The notes: generated from the letters alone by a model not told the origin. Shown: positions 20,007-29,957, counted from the first letter of the stretch. The stretch: DNA of 64,000 bases from Candidatus Aminicenantes bacterium (GCA_963702005.1 OY969696.1:1856001-1920000), one strand, 5' to 3'. Made by a program: numbers and translations.

Positions 20007-20770
20007 ACCTCTCCTACCGGATCGGCTACGTCTTCTTCCGGAATCTGATGTCCTATAAAAGGTTCATCGTCCCGACCTTCATCGCCAGCCTCATCCAGCC
20101 CCTCTTCTACCTGGTGACCTTCGGGATCGGAATGGGCGCCTACATGGGCTATTTCGGCGGCAAGCCCTACCTCAATTTCCTCGTCCCCGGCGTCCTCATC
20201 TCGTCCGTCATGCTTTCGGCGTCCTTCGAGTGCCTGTACGGGACCTTCATCAAAATGATCCACGAGAAGCTCTACGATTCGCTTCTGGCGACGCCGGTCT
20301 CGGCCGAGGACGCCGTCGCGGGCGATATCGCCTGGGGCGCCTTCCGGGGCCTCGTCAGCGGAACCCTGATGATGCTGGTCGCCATGGTCATGGGCGTCAG
20401 CCCGGTCTCGATCCCGAGCGTCCTCCTCCTTTTCGTCCTGATGATCTTCGTCGGGGCCCTATTCGGGTCGCTGGCCATGATCGTGACCTCGTTCGCCCCC
20501 AACTTCGACTTTTTCAGCTACTACACGGAGCTCATCCTGACTCCGATGCTGTTTTTCTCGGGCGTCTTCTTCCCCCTGGACCGCTTCCCGGGCTGGATGA
20601 AGTCCTTCGCCCAGTTCATGCCGCTGACCCACGCCGTCGCGATCGCCCGGGCCGTCTTCTCCGGCGTTTATCCGAAGGGCCTAATCGTGAACTTCCTCAT
20701 CATCATCGGCCTGGAATCGGCCGCTTTCTACGCCGGCCTCAAGCTCATGAAGCGCCGGCTGGTCAAGTAA
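20003..20770 (+). CDS. ABC-2 exporter permease (NodJ-like)
   Basis: YLNFLVPG, LLATPVS, SGVFFP and PLTHAV. About 6 TM helices. ATGA overlap with the ATPase gene. Confidence 0.9.
   Translation: MNLSYRIGYVFFRNLMSYKRFIVPTFIASLIQPLFYLVTFGIGMGAYMGYFGGKPYLNFLVPGVLISSVMLSASFECLYGTFIKMIHEKLYDSLLATPVSAEDAVAGDIAWGAFRGLVSGTLMMLVAMVMGVSPVSIPSVLLLFVLMIFVGALFGSLAMIVTSFAPNFDFFSYYTELILTPMLFFSGVFFPLDRFPGWMKSFAQFMPLTHAVAIARAVFSGVYPKGLIVNFLIIIGLESAAFYAGLKLMKRRLVK
20734..20770. repeat. Left copy of a 37-bp direct repeat (3' end of the ABC permease)
   Basis: cggcctcaagctcatgaagcgccggctggtcaagtaa. Matches 32718-32754 at 34/37 positions, with the first 27 nt identical. Confidence 0.9.
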
Positions 20771-20850
20771 GGTTCAGCCCGGATCCCACAAGCGTATTCC
20801 CTGCCGGGCTTTCCCGCTCTCGAAGGACGGCTCGACGGCTTTGTTGATCG

Positions 20851-22197
20851 CTATTTTTTGATGGGCTCAAGGCCAGGGGCCGGCGGCCCGTCGTTTTGCC
20901 GAGTCGCGGCCTTATCACCCTCCCGGCTTTCGACGATCGCTTCTTCGACCGTATGAGTCGGGCTCAAGATTCGAGTTAATCGGTTTTGCCGATAAAGGTC
21001 AATCACCGCCCGGACCGTCAAATGTTCGTCCTTGATCAGATAGATATCGATAAAATTTTCCTTCAACATATAGAACGCAATTTCCCCGATCCTGTTGGTA
21101 AACAACAAGTCCAAATCGTACTGGATGACCGCCTTCACGACATTGAGACCGACGTGTTGTTTTCGATCCAGGAATTCGTTCAGATAGAAATCCTCGATGA
21201 CGGCTTCGTTTTCATCGATGCTCAAAATGACAAAATACGGCGCCCGCCCGAAGTGGCAGTAGGCTTTCGAATCCAACCCGTTGATTTCCGAGACGGGGAC
21301 GATGGCTTTCAGCTTAATTTGACGGGAGGGCTCAGCATGCACGAAAACGGATTCGACCGTCGTGAATTTTTGGATGATCTGTTTTTCGATTTCATCGCCG
21401 ATCGCGTGGGCCTGATAGATGCTGACCGAGGGGTTGGCGGCGAACTTCAATTCCACCATGCGGAACGGACCGGCCTGGCGGACCCTGATGTCTTTGATGC
21501 TCTTGACGCCCGGGATATCCGACAGCGTCTGTTCGATTTGTTCCTTCAAGGATTGATCCAAATTGGCGTCCAACAACGCCAGCAGCGATTTCCAGGCATT
21601 TTCCAATCCCAGCTTAAGAATCAACAGGGAAATCAAAATGATAATAACGCCTTCGACGTATCGGATCTGCCGGTAGGCCGTGAGAATTCCGAACAGAACG
21701 ACGATGGACGAGGCGATGTCCAGCATGGATTCCCCGGCGTTGGCAAGCAGAGACTGGGAATTGATGGCTTTGCCGATTCGCTTTTCTTTTCGGGCGATGA
21801 AGAATGCGGCCACGATCGAGAGGACGGATACGGCCACCGGCAAAACCGGGAATGGGATCAGCGGCGGTACAAAGAAGAGTTTATGATAGCCGTCCAGCAA
21901 CAATTCGACGCCGGCCCAAAAGATGAGGGCTCCGATGATCAAGGTTACCAGCGTTTCCGCCTTGAATAGGCCATAGGGAAAACGCCGGCTCTTTTCTCGA
22001 GAGGCCAGCCATAATCCAAACGCGGAGGCGAAAATGGCCACGGCATCCGCGGTGCCGTGAAAGGCGTCGGCGACCAAAATCTTGGAATTAAAACGGGTGC
22101 CGACGACCCATTTTAACGCCGAAATCAGAAGCGTGACCGCCGTTGCCCACAGGGCGACTCTTTGTCCCGTTTTTAGCCGGGCGGTCCGTCCCGCCAT
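20851..22197 (-). CDS. Cation diffusion facilitator fused to a C-terminal NifB/NifX (MTH1175-like) domain
   Basis: ADAFHGTAD, FPYGLFKAE, SQSLLANA, CDF dimerisation domain (AHAIGD, VHAEP), then CHFGRAPYF. AGGAG RBS favours the ATG at 22197. Confidence 0.87.
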   Translation of the reverse strand: MAGRTARLKTGQRVALWATAVTLLISALKWVVGTRFNSKILVADAFHGTADAVAIFASAFGLWLASREKSRRFPYGLFKAETLVTLIIGALIFWAGVELLLDGYHKLFFVPPLIPFPVLPVAVSVLSIVAAFFIARKEKRIGKAINSQSLLANAGESMLDIASSIVVLFGILTAYRQIRYVEGVIIILISLLILKLGLENAWKSLLALLDANLDQSLKEQIEQTLSDIPGVKSIKDIRVRQAGPFRMVELKFAANPSVSIYQAHAIGDEIEKQIIQKFTTVESVFVHAEPSRQIKLKAIVPVSEINGLDSKAYCHFGRAPYFVILSIDENEAVIEDFYLNEFLDRKQHVGLNVVKAVIQYDLDLLFTNRIGEIAFYMLKENFIDIYLIKDEHLTVRAVIDLYRQNRLTRILSPTHTVEEAIVESREGDKAATRQNDGPPAPGLEPIKK

Positions 22198-22215
22198 ATC
22201 CTGACTCCTCATTTT

Positions 22216-22626
22216 TTACTTTATGGCGGCCGAGGGACAGGCCGAAATGCAATTCCGGCAGTTGGTGCATGTCTCGGTCATGATAAAGGCTCTATCGTCT
22301 CTCATCTCGATGGCCGTCTCCGGGCAGACAGGAATGCAATTTTGGCAACCCGTACAGGCATCCGGGTCGACCACGGGCTTTGGAGAGGCGGCGGCATCCC
22401 GTCCGGACGTATCGATGCCGGAAGCGTTGAACTGCCGGGTCATACTTGAACCGCAGTTGGGGCAGGCGGTCTGATAGCAGGGGATTCCGATGCGATGGGG
22501 CACGGCCGTGCCGCAATGGGGACAGATGCAAATTTCAGGCCTTAGGTCCATGCTTCCGCGCCCCCCGCCCATACCGCCCCGCCCGTGCCTCCCTCTTCCG
22601 CGTCCTCGTCCAGATCCAAAGCGCAT
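22216..22626 (-). CDS. Small protein: RG-rich tail, Zn-ribbon and 2x[4Fe-4S] ferredoxin domain
   Basis: GRGRGRGRHGRGGMGGGRG, then CICPHCG...PC....CPNCG, then two CxxCxxCxxxCP motifs. Confidence 0.85.
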   Translation of the reverse strand: MRFGSGRGRGRGRHGRGGMGGGRGSMDLRPEICICPHCGTAVPHRIGIPCYQTACPNCGSSMTRQFNASGIDTSGRDAAASPKPVVDPDACTGCQNCIPVCPETAIEMRDDRAFIMTETCTNCRNCISACPSAAIK

Positions 22627-22638
22627 GGTGACCTCCCG

Positions 22639-23475
22639 TCATGTCGTTGTGACCACGAGATCTCCTTTTCGAACGCCTAGATGATCGGCCACATGGTCGC
22701 ACTTAGCCATCAACAGGAAATAGATGTTCTTATCGATCCGACCCAGCCCTTCATAATTGCCCTGTCCCTTGGTAATGACGAGGTCGGCCCGATTGAAAAT
22801 GGCCTTGAATTCGGTCGAAGTGTTCTCTAGAACCGTTCCCGGCGCGTCGTCACCGGTGGATAGGACCCGGGCGATCTTATCGATTCCAACCGCTTGCGCA
22901 TCTTCGATCGTCGCATCGTTGATGACCGGAGCGCCCCGGACGGCGAAATAGACATTCGGATGCCGGATCGTCTCCAGCAAAATTCGATCCAGCACGATTT
23001 CACCCGCATTGTCGCCGAGATAGAGCAGCATTTTTGCCCGGGGAATGGAAGCCCGCAGGGATTCCGAATCGTCGACGGCCAAGACCATCGATGGGACCCG
23101 ATTCAAGGTTTCAACGATATCAAACGGGCGGTTCGGGCCAAAGTCGATTACATTACCCGCGATCGCCAGTCTCAATGCCGTCAGAAAAGGGTCTGCCGCT
23201 TCGACCACCAATTTCTTCAAGCCTGGATAGTATTCCAACATCAACCTGTTGAAAGTCCGCTTGATATCAAGATAGGGGTCCGGAATCTTCAACACGTCGC
23301 GGATGATGCGATGCATCTCCTGGCCCATTCGGGGCGGGGACTGGTTGTAATCGAGTTGGCCGAGATAGGCGAGCAAGGCGCGCATTGCCGCTTCTTGCTT
23401 CTCTTTCGGCACCAATCCTCTTCTGAACAGCGTGACCAGACTACCGACGGCGCAGGGGATACAGTCGTATGTCAC
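22639..23475 (-). CDS. DUF89/ARMT1-like damage-control phosphatase
   Basis: DCIPC N-terminus, DPY, AIAGNVIDF, DNAGEIVLD, PVINDAT and KGQGNYE. The start is uncertain; GTG 23475 chosen. Confidence 0.85.
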   Translation of the reverse strand: MTYDCIPCAVGSLVTLFRRGLVPKEKQEAAMRALLAYLGQLDYNQSPPRMGQEMHRIIRDVLKIPDPYLDIKRTFNRLMLEYYPGLKKLVVEAADPFLTALRLAIAGNVIDFGPNRPFDIVETLNRVPSMVLAVDDSESLRASIPRAKMLLYLGDNAGEIVLDRILLETIRHPNVYFAVRGAPVINDATIEDAQAVGIDKIARVLSTGDDAPGTVLENTSTEFKAIFNRADLVITKGQGNYEGLGRIDKNIYFLLMAKCDHVADHLGVRKGDLVVTTT

Positions 23476-23669
23476 CCTGAGTGGTGCTTCGCGTTCAGGC
23501 TGCAAAAATATTCTCCCCTCGGCTAAGCCCGCTGAACCCGGTCGACGAATGCTTAGGAACAGAATTATAGGACCTCCGCCTCTTATCCACAACCTCCATC
23601 GGAGGCTCTTCATTATTCTTTTTCATAGGCATTTCGTTTTCTGCCGGTGCCGTCGGCGATAGTTCCCGC

Positions 23670-23698
23670 TTGACAAAAGGCGGCACGGAGATTATATT
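23670..23698 (+). promoter_or_regulatory. Sigma70-type promoter of the fur-headed operon
   Basis: TTGACA (23670-23675), 17-nt spacer, TATATT (23693-23698). Confidence 0.75.
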
Positions 23699-23703
23699 AT
23701 AAA

Positions 23704-23718
23704 TGAAAATGATTATCA
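23704..23718. promoter_or_regulatory. Fur-type operator (7-1-7 inverted repeat)
   Basis: TGAAAAT-G-ATTATCA, one mismatch from the TGATAATnATTATCA consensus. It overlaps the expected transcription start, just upstream of a Fur-family gene. Confidence 0.75.
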
Positions 23719-23739
23719 ATATCCATAAGAGGTGATCGC

Positions 23740-24186
23740 TTGCCCGGACATCATCAGTGGCAACACCGGTTTCGGGAGAATGTTTGTCGTTGGACGGCGC
23801 CCCGCGAAGTCATTCTCAACCTCCTCAGCCGCTCGACCCGACATATGAGCGCAAAGGAAATCTACGGCGCCTTGGTTGCCATGTATCCGGGCCTCGGTTT
23901 GACGACCGTCTACCGAACCCTGGAATTGCTCCATCGGCTGGGGTTTGTTCAAAAAGTCTCATCGGGCGACGGACAGAGCCGTTACGAGCTCAGGAGCGAG
24001 GATAAAAAAGGCCATCATCACCATCTCATTTGCACCAAATGCGGGGAAATCATCGATTATCGCGACTTCATCCAGGAAGAGCTGGATCTGGTGAAAAAGA
24101 CGGAAGAAACTCTGGCCAAAAAGCACAATTTCCTGATTCAGGACCACGCCATCGAATTCTTGGGGTTGTGCGAAAAATGCCGCTGA
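23740..24186 (+). CDS. Fur-family transcriptional regulator
   Basis: HMSAKEIY, TTVYRTLELL, HHHHLICTKCG and C-terminal CEKC. TTG start after AGAGGTG. Confidence 0.92.
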   Translation: MPGHHQWQHRFRENVCRWTAPREVILNLLSRSTRHMSAKEIYGALVAMYPGLGLTTVYRTLELLHRLGFVQKVSSGDGQSRYELRSEDKKGHHHHLICTKCGEIIDYRDFIQEELDLVKKTEETLAKKHNFLIQDHAIEFLGLCEKCR

Positions 24187-24222
24187 GTCTTCTGTCATGC
24201 TTATGAAAAGGAGGTCAACATC

Positions 24223-24615
24223 ATGCCGGCAGGCGATCGAACGGGGCCCTGGGGACTCGGTCCCAGGACAGGAAGAGGCCTCGGCTACTGTTCAGGATTT
24301 CAGGCTCCCGGGTTCATGTTTCCCGGGCCCGGTCTGGGTTTTGGCCGGGGTTTCGGCTACGGAAGAGGCCGGGGCAGGGGGATGGGCCTCGGCAGCGGCC
24401 GCGGATTTTGGCGGCCTCGTTTCGGCGGCTTCTATGGCTATCCTTATTCCGCGATGGCTCCTTTTCCCTATGGGCCTCCGGACAATCCATTCAGCCGAGG
24501 AGATGAAGAAGCCGTTCTCGCCGGGCAGGCTGAAGCGATGGAAGCGGGGCTCCGTCAGATCCGGGAGAGGCTTGAAGAATTAAATAAATTGAAAAAGGCA
24601 AAAGAGGAAAAATGA
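24223..24615 (+). CDS. DUF5320-like Gly/Arg-rich protein with C-terminal coiled coil
   Basis: MPAGDRTGPWGLGPRTGRGLGYC N-terminus, an RG-rich middle, and a heptad C-terminus. Confidence 0.8.
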   Translation: MPAGDRTGPWGLGPRTGRGLGYCSGFQAPGFMFPGPGLGFGRGFGYGRGRGRGMGLGSGRGFWRPRFGGFYGYPYSAMAPFPYGPPDNPFSRGDEEAVLAGQAEAMEAGLRQIRERLEELNKLKKAKEEK

Positions 24616-25151
24616 AAATCGCCGTATCCGCCTCATCCCCCGAGTTGGACAGTTCCGTCGATCCGCGCTTCGGCCGCTGTGCTTATTTCTTGATTGTCGA
24701 TACGGAGACAATGGCATTCGAGGCCGTGGAAAATTCCTATGTCAGCGCCTCCGGCGGCGCCGGAATTCAGGCCGCTCAGCTCGTGGCCGGGAAGGGCGCG
24801 CAGGCCGTCTTGACCGGAAGCTGCGGCCCGAACGCTTTTCAAACCCTGAAGGCGGCGGGCGTGAAGGTCGTGGTCGGCGTCACGGGGACCGCGAGAGAGG
24901 TCGTCCGGAGCTATGCTTCCGGCGCCGAATTCAAGGAGGCGAGCGGGCCCGATGTTCCTCCGCATTTTGGAATGGGCAGGGCGGCAGGCCGAGGAAGGGG
25001 AATGGGCGGGCCTCAAGGAGGAGGAGCGGCCGGACCCTTGGGGCAGCCGCCGGATGAGCTTGAGTCGCTGAAAAGGCAGTCCCAGGACCTTCGCCGCCAC
25101 CTGGACCTGATTGCCGAGAGGATTGCCGCCCTGGAAAAGAAAGGGCAATAG
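24612..25151 (+). CDS. NifB/NifX (MTH1175/ORP-like) cofactor-binding protein with RG tail and coiled coil
   Basis: MKIAVS...VDPRFGRCAYF, GAGIQAAQ and TGSCGPNAF. Confidence 0.88.
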   Translation: MKIAVSASSPELDSSVDPRFGRCAYFLIVDTETMAFEAVENSYVSASGGAGIQAAQLVAGKGAQAVLTGSCGPNAFQTLKAAGVKVVVGVTGTAREVVRSYASGAEFKEASGPDVPPHFGMGRAAGRGRGMGGPQGGGAAGPLGQPPDELESLKRQSQDLRRHLDLIAERIAALEKKGQ

Positions 25152-25213
25152 CTTACGTCCCTTTCGTGAGTCGAAACGGACCTTAGCCGAAGATAAGAAG
25201 TGAGGTGTCGCAC

Positions 25214-25927
25214 ATGAAAATCGCCATTTCCACGGACAACGGATTTGTCTCAGCCCATTTCGGGCGCTGCCCGGCCTATACCCTTGTCGATATCGAGGAT
25301 GGACGCGTTGTCGGCCGTCAGGAAATTCCGAACCCCGGGCATCAGCCCGGCTTTCTCCCTCAGTATCTAGCGGAGAAAGGGGTCGGCGTCATCATCGCCG
25401 GAGGGATGGGACCCCGGGCCCAGGGTCTTTTCGCCGAAAAAAATATACAGACGATCACCGGGGTTCAAGGCCCTATCGACGGGGTCATTGACATATTCCT
25501 CCGGGGGGAACTCGAAGCCGGCCAGGATTTGTGCGATCACGGGCATCGCCACGATGAGCCCTGCCGCCATGAAGAATCCGCCGGAGAAGCCGGCCCGGGA
25601 GCGCCTCTGGAGGGGAAAATTTGTGTGAGCGCCACGGGCTCGAACCTGGACGCCGAAATCGATCCCAATTTCGGCCGAGCGGCCTACTTCCTAATCGTCG
25701 ACCCGAAGACCCTGGAGTTCAAAGCCCTGGCCAATCCCCACGCCCAGGCCGGTCACGGCGCGGGAATTCAATCCGCCCAGTTGGTCGCGGGCCAGGCGGT
25801 TTCGACCGTCTTGACCGGCCAGGTCGGACCGAATGCCCAGCGGGTCCTCGAATCCGCCGGCGTCCGGGTCATCCGCGCGGAACAAGGCGCCGTCCGGGAA
25901 GCTCTTTCCCGGCTCCAAGGAAGATAG
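25214..25927 (+). CDS. Tandem two-domain NifB/NifX (MTH1175/ORP-like) protein
   Basis: Domain 1 has VSAHFGRCP and GGMGPRA. A His/Cys linker ([13 protein letters not shown]) follows. Domain 2 has [11 protein letters not shown] and GAGIQSAQ. Confidence 0.88.
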   Translation: MKIAISTDNGFVSAHFGRCPAYTLVDIEDGRVVGRQEIPNPGHQPGFLPQYLAEKGVGVIIAGGMGPRAQGLFAEKNIQTITGVQGPIDGVIDIFLRGELEAGQDLCDHGHRHDEPCRHEESAGEAGPGAPLEGKICVSATGSNLDAEIDPNFGRAAYFLIVDPKTLEFKALANPHAQAGHGAGIQSAQLVAGQAVSTVLTGQVGPNAQRVLESAGVRVIRAEQGAVREALSRLQGR

Positions 25928-25929
25928 CC

Positions 25930-26733
25930 ATGGCCGCGAACGAAGAAGACGTTAAGGTTTCAAGGACGCTGGCCCGGATCAAGAACAGGATTCTGGTCTT
26001 CAGCGGCAAGGGCGGCGTCGGCAAGAGCACGGTGGCGGCAAACCTTGCCCTGGCCCTCTCGCTCAAGGGCAAGAAGGTCGGCGCTCTCGACGTGGACATC
26101 CACGGACCCAATCTGGCCAAGATGCTGGGCGTCGAAGACAAAAAGATGGACAACTCCGCCGCGGGAATCGTACCCGTCCAGGTCAACGAAAACCTGAAGC
26201 TCGTCTCCATGTCGTTTTTTATCCAGGATCCGGACCTGCCGGTGATCTGGCGAGGTCCCATGAAGATGAAGGTCATCCAGCAGTTTCTCGGCGATGTGGA
26301 CTGGGGGGATCTGGATTGGCTGATCATCGATTCTCCGCCGGGCACCGGCGACGAACCTCTTTCGGTGGCCCAGCTCATTCCCGCCACGGGCGCCATCATC
26401 GTGACCACGCCCCAGGAGGTGTCCGTCCTGGATTCGCGCAAAGCCGTCGTCTTTGCCATGAAGCTCAACCTGAAAATCCTGGGAATCATAGAAAACATGA
26501 GCGGCCTGACTTGTCCTTACTGCGGCCGCAGGATCGACCTTTTCAAGGTTGGAGGAGGGGAGTCGGCCGCGGCCGACCTGAAAGTCCCGTTTCTGGGCCG
26601 CATTCCCATCGATCCCCAGATCGTTATCTTGGGGGATGAGGGGAAGTCGTTCGCCGATAGCCGGAAGGATTCGGAGGCCTCCCGGGCCTTTGGGGAGATC
26701 GTCGAGAAGATTCTTGACGGCGGAACATCTTAA
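25930..26733 (+). CDS. Mrp/ApbC/NBP35 Fe-S carrier ATPase
   Basis: [35 protein letters not shown] and ENMS...CPYC. ATG at 25930. Confidence 0.92.
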   Translation: MAANEEDVKVSRTLARIKNRILVFSGKGGVGKSTVAANLALALSLKGKKVGALDVDIHGPNLAKMLGVEDKKMDNSAAGIVPVQVNENLKLVSMSFFIQDPDLPVIWRGPMKMKVIQQFLGDVDWGDLDWLIIDSPPGTGDEPLSVAQLIPATGAIIVTTPQEVSVLDSRKAVVFAMKLNLKILGIIENMSGLTCPYCGRRIDLFKVGGGESAAADLKVPFLGRIPIDPQIVILGDEGKSFADSRKDSEASRAFGEIVEKILDGGTS

Positions 26734-26754
26734 AACAAAGAAACGGAGAAGCCG

Positions 26755-27198
26755 ATGAAAAAAATCGGGATCATCATCTGCGGACGTTATCAGACGTGCG
26801 GCGGAGGGAAATGCTTCCGGGCCATCCGCGAGCGCGTGGGCGGATTTGCCCGGTATCCCAAGGACGAGCCCGTCGAGGTGGTCGGCTACTCCTCCTGCGG
26901 CGGCTGCCCGGGCGGGAATATCGAGTACGTCCCGGAAGAAATGAAGAAGAACGGGGCGGAGATTATCCATCTGGCCACCGGGTTGGTTGTTGGGTATCCC
27001 CCCTGCCCCCATGTTCGCCAATTCAAGGAATTTATCGAGAAGCGCTATGAGCTTCTCGTGGTGGTCGGAACTCATCCCATCCCGCTCAAGTACCTGGAAG
27101 TGCACAGGAAGCTGTCTTTCTGGAAAAATACGAGCATGGAAGAGCTGGCCGGCGACCTGATGAAGGAAGATAGAACGGTCATGGAGTCTTATAACTGA
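26755..27198 (+). CDS. CGGC-domain metal-binding protein
   Basis: IIICxxxxxCGGGKC, CGGCPG, IHLATG, YPPCP and VVGTH. Confidence 0.88.
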   Translation: MKKIGIIICGRYQTCGGGKCFRAIRERVGGFARYPKDEPVEVVGYSSCGGCPGGNIEYVPEEMKKNGAEIIHLATGLVVGYPPCPHVRQFKEFIEKRYELLVVVGTHPIPLKYLEVHRKLSFWKNTSMEELAGDLMKEDRTVMESYN

Positions 27199-27209
27199 AG
27201 GAGGTCAAG

Positions 27210-27413
27210 ATGCAAGGAAGAGGACAAGGGCGAGGACAAGGAAGAGGTCAGGGAAGAGGCGGAGGCCTCGGCAGGATGGGAGGTCAAGGTCTCGGGCTGG
27301 GCGGCTCATGCGTCTGTCCCTCGTGTGGGGCGAAGGTCCCGCACCAAACGGGAGTGCCCTGCGTCCAGGTTTCCTGCCCCAAATGCGGCAGCAAAATGAC
27401 CCGGGCCGCTTGA
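27210..27413 (+). CDS. Small QGRG-repeat / Zn-ribbon protein
   Basis: AAGGAGG RBS. (QGRG)x4, then CVCPSCG...PC....CPKCG. Confidence 0.75.
   Translation: MQGRGQGRGQGRGQGRGGGLGRMGGQGLGLGGSCVCPSCGAKVPHQTGVPCVQVSCPKCGSKMTRAA
27213..27260. repeat. 12-bp coding tandem repeat x4 (QGRG)
   Basis: caaggaagagga caagggcgagga caaggaagaggt cagggaagaggc. Confidence 0.85.
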
Positions 27414-27424
27414 CTCGTCAACCT

Positions 27425-27670
27425 ATGCCCATTTACGAATACAAGTGCCTGGACTGTGGCCACATCACGGAGGTTCTAGTCCCATCGACCCAAGCCGAAT
27501 CAAATGCGTCCTGCGGGCAGTGCCGGGGTCGGAACCTGAAAAAGATAATCTCGTCCCCCGGAGCCCTGCGGATGGGGTCCTCTTCTCCCCAGGGGAAGAC
27601 CTGCTGCGGAAAGGACGAGCGGTGCGACGCGCCGCCCTGTTCGTCGGGCGGAACCTGCCGACGGGATTAG
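27425..27670 (+). CDS. FmdB-family Zn-ribbon protein with Cys-rich tail
   Basis: MPIYEYKCLDCG...CGQC and tail TCCGKDERCDAPPCSSGGTC. Confidence 0.87.
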   Translation: MPIYEYKCLDCGHITEVLVPSTQAESNASCGQCRGRNLKKIISSPGALRMGSSSPQGKTCCGKDERCDAPPCSSGGTCRRD

Positions 27671-27711
27671 TCAGATAGGAACTTGATCGGAATGGCGTCG
27701 CGGAGTCTCCG

Positions 27712-28560
27712 ATGATCATTTCCGTGGCCAGCGGCAAGGGCGGGACGGGCAAGACGACCGTCGCCGTCAACCTGGCGCTGGCCCTTGAGGCCGGTCAGGC
27801 CGTGCAATTCTTGGACTGCGATGTCGAAGAGCCGAATGCCCATTTTTTCCTCAAACCCCAAATCGAGGAAAGCCGGGACGTCTTCACGCTCATCCCCGAA
27901 ATCGATGAAAGCCGCTGCACATATTGCGGTAAATGCGCCCAGGTTTGCGCCTATCACGCCCTGGCCGTAGTGAAGGGGACTGTCCTTGTTTTCTCCGAGC
28001 TCTGCCACGGCTGCGGCGCCTGCCGCCTCCTCTGTCCCGAGAAGGCGATTCGGGAGGTCGGGAAAAAAATCGGTGTCATCGAGTCCGGCCGGGCCGGAGA
28101 GGTGGCTTTTCTCCAGGGCCGGCTGGATATCGGCCAGGCTATGTCGCCGCCCTTAATCAGGGCTCTTAAAGGGCGGCTGGACCCCGGCCGGACGGTGATC
28201 ATTGACGCGCCTCCGGGGACAAGCTGCTCGGTCGTCGAATCGGTCAAGCGCAGCGATTTTTGCCTTCTTGTGACCGAGCCCACCCCCTTCGGGCTTCACG
28301 ACCTGGAGCTCGCTGCGGCCACGGCGAAGGGAATGAAGATCCCTTGCGGAGTGGTGATCAACAGGGCCTCCCTGGGAAACGAAGACGGAAAAATCCGGGA
28401 TTTCTGCGCCGCGGAAGAAATTCCCGTCATGATGACCATCCCTTTTGACCGGAAGATCGCCGAGGCCTACTCGCGGGGACAAGCCATTCTCGAAGCGTTT
28501 CCAGAATACCGGGAGAAGTTTCTGGCGCTGTTCGAGAGGGTCGGGAAAATCGGATCATGA
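27712..28560 (+). CDS. MinD-superfamily P-loop ATPase with inserted 2x[4Fe-4S] ferredoxin domain
   Basis: SGKGGTGKTT, DCDVEEPN, two CxxCxxCxxxC motifs, DAPPGTSC and VTEPTPFGLHDL. Confidence 0.9.
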   Translation: MIISVASGKGGTGKTTVAVNLALALEAGQAVQFLDCDVEEPNAHFFLKPQIEESRDVFTLIPEIDESRCTYCGKCAQVCAYHALAVVKGTVLVFSELCHGCGACRLLCPEKAIREVGKKIGVIESGRAGEVAFLQGRLDIGQAMSPPLIRALKGRLDPGRTVIIDAPPGTSCSVVESVKRSDFCLLVTEPTPFGLHDLELAAATAKGMKIPCGVVINRASLGNEDGKIRDFCAAEEIPVMMTIPFDRKIAEAYSRGQAILEAFPEYREKFLALFERVGKIGS

Positions 28561-29429
28561 AACAGGTCGTCGTCATCAGCGGGAAGGGAGGCACCGGCAA
28601 GACCGTCCTATCGGCCTGCTTCGCCGCTCTCTCCCGGAACGCCGTCCTGGCCGATGTCGACGTGGACGCCTCCAACCTCCATTTGCTTCTCCACCCGGAA
28701 ATCCGGGAGCGGCAGCTGTTCAAGAGCGGCCAGAAAGCCCGAATTGACGCGGCAAAATGCGTCGGCTGTGGACTTTGCCTCCCGTTGTGCCGATTTGACG
28801 CCCTGGTGGAAGACGATCAGGGCCGAGTCCGTGTTGATCCTCTCTCCTGCGAAGGGTGCGGAGTCTGCTTCCATGTCTGTCCCGCCCAGGCCGTCGCCTT
28901 GGAAATTCCGACTTCCGGCGAATGGTATGTGTCCCTCACCAAATACGGCCCTTTCGTTCATGCGCGGTTGGGTATCGCCGAGGGAAACTCGGGCAAATTG
29001 GTCACCGAGGTGAGGAAAAAAGCCAGGGAGATCGCCGAGAAAGAGGGACGCGATCTCCTGATCATGGACGGATCTCCCGGCATCGGCTGCCCCGTGATCG
29101 CCTCGCTGACCGGGACGGACCTGGCCCTCGTCGTAACCGAGCCGACTCCCTCCGGTCTTCATGACATGGAGAGAATCGTGGATTTGATCCGTCATTTCAA
29201 GATCCGGTCGGCTTGTTGCATCAATAAATACGACCTCAACCATGACAACTCCGATGGAATCGAGCGCTGGTGCCGGGCGCGGTCCATTCCCGTGGTGGGG
29301 AAAATCCCCTTCGACCCGGCCGTGACGGAGTCGGTCGTTCGAGGCATCCCCTACGTGGAATACACCAAGAATTCGTCGGCGCAAGAAATCCGAGATATGT
29401 GGCTCTCCCTCTCGAATCTTTTGACATAG
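28557..29429 (+). CDS. MinD-superfamily P-loop ATPase with inserted ferredoxin domain (paralog)
   Basis: SGKGGTGKT, DVDVDASNL, two ferredoxin motifs, NSGKLV, DGSPGIGCP and VTEPT. ATGA overlap with the upstream gene. Confidence 0.9.
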   Translation: MKQVVVISGKGGTGKTVLSACFAALSRNAVLADVDVDASNLHLLLHPEIRERQLFKSGQKARIDAAKCVGCGLCLPLCRFDALVEDDQGRVRVDPLSCEGCGVCFHVCPAQAVALEIPTSGEWYVSLTKYGPFVHARLGIAEGNSGKLVTEVRKKAREIAEKEGRDLLIMDGSPGIGCPVIASLTGTDLALVVTEPTPSGLHDMERIVDLIRHFKIRSACCINKYDLNHDNSDGIERWCRARSIPVVGKIPFDPAVTESVVRGIPYVEYTKNSSAQEIRDMWLSLSNLLT

Positions 29430-29466
29430 AAGAGGAGGTTTTCTCGTAAGGAGACCGGAGCGAACC

Positions 29467-29943
29467 ATGCCCAGGAACGAAGACGACGAGGTCAAAGAAT
29501 CCGCTCGGGAGCTCCAAGAGCGGATCCTGGAGGAGATCCGCCGAACCTACAGCCCCGCCGTGATCGACCACTGGCAAAACCCGAGGAATTTCCGGAAGAT
29601 GGAAGAGGCGGACGGCTACGCCAAGAACAGGGGGATCTGCGGGGACACCATGGAGATGTTTCTTGGGGTTAGGGGTGAAACGGTCGCCGAATGCACGTTC
29701 CAGACGGACGGCTGCGGAACGACCACCGTCTGCGGCAGCGTGGCCACGGAGCTGGCGGCCGGCAAATCCATAATCGAAGCTCTCGGCGCCGTGAACAGCG
29801 CCGAGATCTTGAGGGTCTTGGGCGGACTTCCTGAAGACAGCATCCATTGCGCCCAGCTGGCCGCCGAAACGCTGCGCCGGGCCCTGGCCGATTATCTTTA
29901 TCAGAAGAACGCACCCTGGAAGAAAAATTATCGAAAGACATAA
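29467..29943 (+). CDS. NifU/IscU-type Fe-S scaffold protein
   Basis: HWQNPRN, GICGDTM, DGCG, and LGGLP...HCAQLA (three conserved Cys). Confidence 0.88.
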   Translation: MPRNEDDEVKESARELQERILEEIRRTYSPAVIDHWQNPRNFRKMEEADGYAKNRGICGDTMEMFLGVRGETVAECTFQTDGCGTTTVCGSVATELAAGKSIIEALGAVNSAEILRVLGGLPEDSIHCAQLAAETLRRALADYLYQKNAPWKKNYRKT

Positions 29944-29957
29944 AAAAGGAGATCATC

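Noticed and set aside
19089-20770. Nodulation functions (NodI/NodJ-like here, NoeA-like at 50484)
   Set aside because: These are family names only. There is no nodABC, and the genes are 30 kb apart.
25157-25181. Small intergenic hairpin GTCC-C-TTTCG...CGAAA-C-GGAC as a ribozyme or riboswitch
   Set aside because: It has no CUGANGA core or other recognisable motif. At most it is an mRNA stability hairpin.
24612-29943. Nitrogen fixation cluster
   Set aside because: NifB/NifX- and NifU-like domains are present but nifH, nifD and nifK are not. These domains are common in non-diazotrophic anaerobes.
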